From positions 1,178,001 to 1,242,000 of the forward strand of contig OZ251242.1 of the NCBI GenBank assembly GCA_965240325.2: 64,000 nucleotides of DNA. Reading direction: 5' to 3'. The translations under genes and the position numbers were made by a program. Position 1 is the first letter of the stretch. Every line of letters begins with the position of its first letter. Source of the stretch: Rebecca billardiae RCC1528. Its lineage: Eukaryota > Protista > Haptophyta. Under the pieces are notes generated by a model. It was not told the DNA's origin. It saw nothing but the letters and a program-made list of their open reading frames with translations, and searched no databases. Positions 58,595-64,000 of this stretch are shown here, in pieces.

Positions 58595-61033
58595 TCAGCA
58601 GCCCAGGCCGCAGCGCGCGATGCAGCGCAGCGCCCGCGCCTCCACGTCAGGCGCAAACGCCGCACAGGCCGCCACCCACGCCCCCGGCAGCTCCTCGAGC
58701 AGCCGCGCCGCGCTGATGAACTGGTCGGAGTGGTCAGCGGCCGCGGCGGCGGCGGCGCCGGAGCTGTCGCCGGAGCTGTCGGACTCGGAGCTGTCGGCAG
58801 CGGCACCGCCGGGCTGCTGCGGATGTGCTGCGCCGTGCTCGGCGCCGTCGATGCGCCCCCAGCATACGCCGCGCAGCCGCATCCCGACCGCGTACCGCGC
58901 GACGAACGCGTGCACGCGCACCGCCACTCGCCGCTCGCCCTCGCCCCCGGAGACCATAGCGCTCAGCCGCGCGCGCTCGTGCGCGTACTCCGCCTCGGCG
59001 GCGGAGCGCCCCGCGGCGCACAGTAGCCGCACAGCGCGCGCGCGCGCCGCCGGCCACAGCGCCTCGAGCCCGCGCCCCGCGCCAGCCTCCGCGCCCTCCG
59101 CCGCGGCCGCGGGCGACGCTCCCAGCAGCGGCGTCAGCATGGCCACCGCCGTCATCAGCTCAAGGCTTGCGCTCGCGCCGGGAGGCGGTAGCAGAGTGGG
59201 CTCCGCGGCGCACGCCGAGGTGGGCGCGCCGTGCGCCGATGCGCGCCGTGCGCAGCGCTCGGCGTGCGTGGCCGAGGGCGCCGGCGCTCCGCCGCGCGCG
59301 GCCCCGGCGCTTGGCGAGCGCGGCGGCGCGCGCGGCTGCATCACGCTCAGCAGATTGCCGAGGGGGCCTCGGACGCGCGCGCCCTCGCACACGCGCAGCG
59401 CGCCGCCGTCGTCGCCCTCGTCGCCGCCACCGCCGCGCGGCGCTGGGCAGGCCGTGCCCGCACCCGCGCGCGCCGCGCCGTGGCCCGATGGCGCGCTGCA
59501 GCGCTCGAGCGCAACCGCCGCTGCGGCGCTCGCGCTGCCGCTCTGTGCGCCGAGCGCGATCGCGCGCAGCGCCCCGAGCACGGCGGCGAGCTCGAGGTCC
59601 GGGGCACCGAGGGGCATCAGGCAGTCCTGCAGCAGCGACGCCGCCTCGGAGGCCCAGCCCGTGCGCGCGCTGCCGCGCGCGCGCGCGCTCCTGCCCTGGC
59701 CGAGCGCGCCGCAGCCTGGTGGCGGGCGCGCGCGGCCTGCGCTGCGCGTGGCACTTGGCGCGTGCCGTGGCGAGCGGCGCGGCGCGCACGCGCCCGCGCG
59801 CGCAAAGGACGCCGCGGCGGAGCTCGCGCGGCGGAGCCGCTGCTGCGGCTGCGGCTGCGGCTGCGGTGGCTGTGGCCGCGCTGCGCCCGCCGCGCCGGCC
59901 AGCGAGCCGCGCGCAGTGACACCCAGCCTTGCTGCGCCTGCGCCAGACACCGCGCCTGAGACGGTGGCGGCGAGGGTCGGGCGCTCGGCGTTGCGCGCGC
60001 GCGTCGTCGACGCCGCGCGCTCGCCGGTGCCGGCAGCCGCGCGCACTCTCCGCGCGCCCGTCGCCTCAGCGGGCAGGCAGGCGCCGCCCGCCGGCGCGGG
60101 CGCGCCCGCCGTGACGCAGCCCAACAGGGCTGCCTCCGCGGCGGAATGGCGGCGCGCGCGCGCGCGCGGCTCGGCGCGCGGCGGGCGTACCCGCGGCACG
60201 TAGAGCAGCGCAGGGCGCACCGCCGCGCCCAGCTTGAGCGCAGCCCCGGGCACCCGCCGGCCGTATTCTTCACACAGACGCGCCCAGCGCGCGCCGCGCG
60301 GCGGCAGCAGCTGCGTCGCGCCCGCGCCGCCCGGAGCGGCGGCGAGGGCGAGGTGCGCGCAGAGGGCGTGCAGGTCGGCGGGGGCGCTCGGCAAGAGGGA
60401 CCACCGATGCACCGCCTCGACGCGCGCGCACCGCTGCGCCGTCAGCGCGTCCGGCGCCGCGTCGACCACCAACCGCCACGGCCCCGCGCTCAGCCGCCGC
60501 TGTGAGGGCGTGGACGTGCGCGCGCGCTTGGGCGTGCGCGCGCGCGTGCTCGTGGGGGTGGCGAGAGTGGCGTGCGCGCACACAGCAACGTCCAGCCCCG
60601 CCAGCGCCTCCGCCGTGCACCGCGCCACGCACGCGACTGCGAGCGTCGGTGCGCACTCGCGCAGCCGTGTCTCCCACGCCGACAGCTCCGCCGGGCGTGC
60701 GAGGACGAGTGTGCACGCGCTGTGGCACGCGGCTGCGCTTGCTTGGGCCTCGTGGCTCGCGTGTGCCTGCACGAGCTCGGCCACCAGCCGCGCGCGCCGT
60801 GGCAGCCCGTCGACGACGAGCACGCCGCCGCTCGGCCCGCCGCCGTCCGCGCCAGCCGCCTCTCGCGCGCGCAGCCATTCGGCGATGGCGGCGTCGGCCA
60901 CCGAGCCGTCGTCGGCGAGTGGTAGGCGGCAGCATGCATCGAGGAGCGTGGCCGTGTCGTTGAAGAGCCGCGCGCTCTCTGCCGGCAGCGGCGCGTGCCA
61001 GTCATCACCGTGCTCCCGCGCGGCGACGAGCAT
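58595..61033 (-). CDS. Degenerate SNF2-family (RAD5/RAD16-like) ATPase-fold protein; 5' end uncertain
   Basis: Motif order GGVLVVDGLPRR (I), TLVLARPAELSAW (Ia), LDVAVCAH, WRLVVDAA (II), RWSLLPSAP..DLHALCAHL (III); catalytic residues are lost. Confidence 0.55.
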   Translation of the reverse strand: MLVAAREHGDDWHAPLPAESARLFNDTATLLDACCRLPLADDGSVADAAIAEWLRAREAAGADGGGPSGGVLVVDGLPRRARLVAELVQAHASHEAQASAAACHSACTLVLARPAELSAWETRLRECAPTLAVACVARCTAEALAGLDVAVCAHATLATPTSTRARTPKRARTSTPSQRRLSAGPWRLVVDAAPDALTAQRCARVEAVHRWSLLPSAPADLHALCAHLALAAAPGGAGATQLLPPRGARWARLCEEYGRRVPGAALKLGAAVRPALLYVPRVRPPRAEPRARARRHSAAEAALLGCVTAGAPAPAGGACLPAEATGARRVRAAAGTGERAASTTRARNAERPTLAATVSGAVSGAGAARLGVTARGSLAGAAGAARPQPPQPQPQPQQRLRRASSAAASFARAGACAPRRSPRHAPSATRSAGRARPPPGCGALGQGRSARARGSARTGWASEAASLLQDCLMPLGAPDLELAAVLGALRAIALGAQSGSASAAAAVALERCSAPSGHGAARAGAGTACPAPRGGGGDEGDDGGALRVCEGARVRGPLGNLLSVMQPRAPPRSPSAGAARGGAPAPSATHAERCARRASAHGAPTSACAAEPTLLPPPGASASLELMTAVAMLTPLLGASPAAAAEGAEAGAGRGLEALWPAARARAVRLLCAAGRSAAEAEYAHERARLSAMVSGGEGERRVAVRVHAFVARYAVGMRLRGVCWGRIDGAEHGAAHPQQPGGAAADSSESDSSGDSSGAAAAAAADHSDQFISAARLLEELPGAWVAACAAFAPDVEARALRCIARCGLGC

Positions 61034-61698
61034 CTGACGGCCGGCTGTGGACGTCGGCTTGCGACTGTACGTCCGCCCGTTTCAGCCAGTCACCCTTTGC
61101 TCCTTCTGGGGACAGGGGAGAGCTGGGGAGCCCGGACTCCTGACGTCGAGAGACACACACGGTGAGTGACGACGATCCATCGATCGATCCGGCGGATCCC
61201 AGACCCAGGGCGCCGGCCCAGGGCTGATGGCCTGCTGAGTAGGCTGACACCGTTGACGCACCCGGGCGCCGTGACCGTCGTGTCTGTCCGTGCGTCCCGT
61301 CGACGGACGGACGATCGAGTGCGCGTTCGAGCGTGGTCGGTTTGGCTCGTCTCGAGATCGCGTTTCAGCTCATCAATCAATTATCACAGAAATCAGAATC
61401 GGGTCGGACTCGCCACTTGGGCTGTTGCAGCGAGCCGGAGCTCGTCGGCGTGTCTTGCACCGCAAGCGAGCCAGCCGCCGCGGGGCGTCACAGCAGGTGT
61501 GGCCGCGCGCAAGCGCACGGCGCGCGCTCTGGCCAACAGGGCCCAGCGGCCGCATCGGTCCGCGCGCGCCGCACCTCGGTGCGGCGTGCGGCGGCGCGCT
61601 GGCCGCTCGCGCGACCGCCCGCGCGTGGCCGTGAGCTGCTGCGCACGCGCGCCGCCGCCGCCGGAACAAAACGGGCGCGTGGCGACGGTGCGCGGCGC

Positions 61699-62574
61699 TC
61701 AGGCGCGCGCGCCGTACAGGTAGGTCTCGATGTCGGGCATACTCCCGCACGGGTCGACGGCCGTGCCGTACACCATCAGCCCGCCCCACACGCCCGCGAG
61801 GTTGGTGCCGCCGCGGTTCTGGCAGATGGCGAGGCCCTTCTTGAACGCTACGTACCGCTGCTTGGTGCGCGGGTACTTCTCGGCGGCGGAGGCGGGGATG
61901 GGCTGCAGCGCCTGCGCGGGGCCGACGGCCGAGTTGACCAGCTCGTAGTACCGGTTGAGCGCGGTGCGGCCGCGCTGCCACGCCGCCTCCACGTCGGCGA
62001 CCTGCTGCTTGCTCGCGCCGGTCGAGATGGCGGCGTTCGTGAGGCGCGTGACGCCGATCAGAGTCTGGAGCTCGGTCTCGAGGCTGGCGCGCGCGCCCTC
62101 GAGGCTCTCGCCCAGCTCGGGCGGGAAGGCGAGCGCCACCTGCTGCATGGGCAGCAGCATCGTCCGCGCGAGCTGCGACGGCTGCCCCTGCGCGTTTGCG
62201 TTGGTCGTCTGCAGCAGCTTTGGAAGGTCCGGCCAGTTGGACACGTCGCCGATCTGCTCCTTGAGCTCGAAGAGGAAGTAGTCGCCGGCGAACTGGAGGG
62301 CGGGGCGGAACTGCTTGTACGCGCGCACCGACTGCGGCGGCAGCTCGCCAAAGTCGTCGCCCTCGGGCAGCGCCGGCGCGGCGAGCGCGCTACGCCTCGG
62401 GAGCGCGCAGCCGAGGCCGAGCGCCGCGCCCGTCGTGAGCGCGGACCGTCGCGTGCGCGCGGGCGGGGCCGGATGGGGCGAGCGCGCGCGCGGCGCGCCC
62501 GTGCGCACGGCCGCCACTTGCGCGGCGGGCACCAGCGCCGCGACGAGCGCGACGAGCGCGAGCCGGCGGCACAT
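61699..62574 (-). CDS. Thylakoid-lumen protein with tripartite presequence (helical bundle, possibly PsbQ-like)
   Basis: Signal peptide MCRRLALVALVAALVPAA, Arg/Pro-rich transit segment, twin-arginine RRSALTTGAALGLG..ALA, then an ordered helical domain. Confidence 0.7.
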   Translation of the reverse strand: MCRRLALVALVAALVPAAQVAAVRTGAPRARSPHPAPPARTRRSALTTGAALGLGCALPRRSALAAPALPEGDDFGELPPQSVRAYKQFRPALQFAGDYFLFELKEQIGDVSNWPDLPKLLQTTNANAQGQPSQLARTMLLPMQQVALAFPPELGESLEGARASLETELQTLIGVTRLTNAAISTGASKQQVADVEAAWQRGRTALNRYYELVNSAVGPAQALQPIPASAAEKYPRTKQRYVAFKKGLAICQNRGGTNLAGVWGGLMVYGTAVDPCGSMPDIETYLYGARA

Positions 62575-62749
62575 CGCGCGGGCTTCGGCGGCGCGGACGG
62601 GTGAGTCCTGATTGATGAGCCGCCCGCGTGCGCGGGTATTAACTGCTTACTCAGTATACCTGTATGCCTGAGCTGTGTGCGTCTCTTATTCTTATTATTA
62701 GTAAACTGTACAGGCAAGGGGCTCGTTGTAAGCCCCTTGGTCCGAGCGG

Positions 62750-63766
62750 TCAGGCCGGACCGCGGCGCAGCATCGCACGCAGCTCGCGCGGGACACTTGC
62801 GTCCTCGTCCAGCGCGCGGCGCAGCACCGGGTAGTTGTACACCATCGCGCGGTGTGATCTCGGCTTGGGCCGCTTGCCCGCGCCCAGAGACAGCACGCTC
62901 CACACGAGCGCCTCGGGCACGGGGTGGCCGAGCGCGAACATGAGGCGGCGGAACGCGGCGACGCTGAGCGGCATCAGCTCAGGCGAGTGCCCCGAGAGCG
63001 CGAGCTCCTCGTAGCTCACCGGAAGGATCGGCGCGGGCCCGAGCCCGGCCGCCTCGAGCACGTACCCGAAATTGGGCGCATTGGCCCCGCTGGATACTCG
63101 GTCCTTCAAAAGCTGCACAAAGCGGGGGACGTCCGTCAGCTTGACGGCGAGGGTGGCCGCGCTGGTCCAGGGGTCATTGCGCCGCGCGAAGCACTTGGTT
63201 GCCTGCGTCCCGTTCGCCACGTACACGTTGACGCCCGTGCGCGTGTCGAAGCAGTCCTTCACCGCGCACAGCGTGCGGTCGATCGTGTTGGAGTGAAACG
63301 TGAAAGCGACGCGCGCGCCGAGCGCGGCCAGCGTGGGCGAGATGTCGAGGACCTTGGACACGGGCTTGCCCTTGGCGAAGAGCGTGCTGTTCGTCGCGGT
63401 GCAGCGCGCGTGGAGGTTGCGGAAGCTCTGCTGCCCGTCGTCCGTGCTGGCCCAGTGAGGGTTGCACGCTTTCCTGTGGAGCACCTCGTCGCAGCGCGGC
63501 AACTCGCACAGCCGGACGCCTGCCTGCGTCAGCAGCTGCCTCAGCACGGACATGGTCCAGGTCGAGCCGGTGCAGCCGTCCGAGACGAGCAGGAGCGGAG
63601 CGCGCGGCTGGAGCGCCGCATGGGAGCGTCCCGGGCCGGCGTGCGACGCCCCAGACGACTGGTCCGCTGGTGCGGTTGAGCTCGGAAGCGTGGGCTCTGC
63701 CATCATGCCTGGACACGCGGCAAGAAGCAGCAGCCGCGTGACTAGGCTTGCCCACCGGCACTTCAT
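62750..63766 (-). CDS. Sulfotransferase-fold (P-loop) protein with signal/anchor
   Basis: LLLVSDGCTGSTW (5'-PSB-like), SNTIDRTL, VSYEEL and VYNY; start assumed at MKCRWASLVTRLLLLAA. Confidence 0.6.
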   Translation of the reverse strand: MKCRWASLVTRLLLLAACPGMMAEPTLPSSTAPADQSSGASHAGPGRSHAALQPRAPLLLVSDGCTGSTWTMSVLRQLLTQAGVRLCELPRCDEVLHRKACNPHWASTDDGQQSFRNLHARCTATNSTLFAKGKPVSKVLDISPTLAALGARVAFTFHSNTIDRTLCAVKDCFDTRTGVNVYVANGTQATKCFARRNDPWTSAATLAVKLTDVPRFVQLLKDRVSSGANAPNFGYVLEAAGLGPAPILPVSYEELALSGHSPELMPLSVAAFRRLMFALGHPVPEALVWSVLSLGAGKRPKPRSHRAMVYNYPVLRRALDEDASVPRELRAMLRRGPA

Positions 63767-64000
63767 CAAGCGCTTTGGCAAGTATATGGTATAAGAAAAA
63801 CGGTGACACGCGCGGACGCGCCATCCTTCATCCGGCACACGACCAGCGGAAGTGAGCGCACGAATTCATAACGGAGAGGACCGCTGAGGCAAGGGAGTCA
63901 AGGGTGCCCGCGCCCCGGTGGCGCGCTCGGCGGATGTTGGGATACACCTTTGGGCCCTATGGAGCGCTCGTTGGAACTTGAGCGGGGGTGGAACTTGACA

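Overview
Very GC-rich, gene-dense eukaryotic nuclear DNA with short spliceosomal introns (donors mostly GTGCGC). A flagellar gene (CFAP99) and signal-plus-transit plastid presequences suggest a flagellated alga with a secondary plastid; a Pavlovales-type haptophyte is my inference from composition and gene content. Most ORFs in the supplied track are GC-driven shadow frames. About 19 real genes are supportable: a >3,700-aa intronless Piezo channel missing from the ORF track (it runs off the window start), a GT47 exostosin, a pectin acetylesterase/Notum-family esterase, a PHO80/cyclin-U-like cyclin, RPL10, a COA3-like microprotein, a RING-F-box-RCC1 protein, a 2,162-aa BPI/TULIP-repeat + double PqiA/LetA membrane protein, two sulfotransferase-fold proteins, a NADAR-ERI1(DEDDh) fusion, CFAP99, a CRTISO-family oxidoreductase, a xylose-isomerase-like TIM barrel, an EF-hand coiled-coil protein, a degenerate SNF2-like protein, a thylakoid-lumen (TAT) protein and two hypotheticals. 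Three structurally distinct non-autonomous mobile elements are present: a TIR/foldback element, a split-direct-repeat (A..BA..B) tyrosine-recombinase-retrotransposon-like element and a Helentron/HINE-like tandem. The best candidates for undescribed biology are the TULIP-PqiA lipid-conduit fusion, the NADAR-exonuclease fusion and the extensin-like rod inside a Piezo loop. All family assignments come from motif recognition by eye; no database searches were run.
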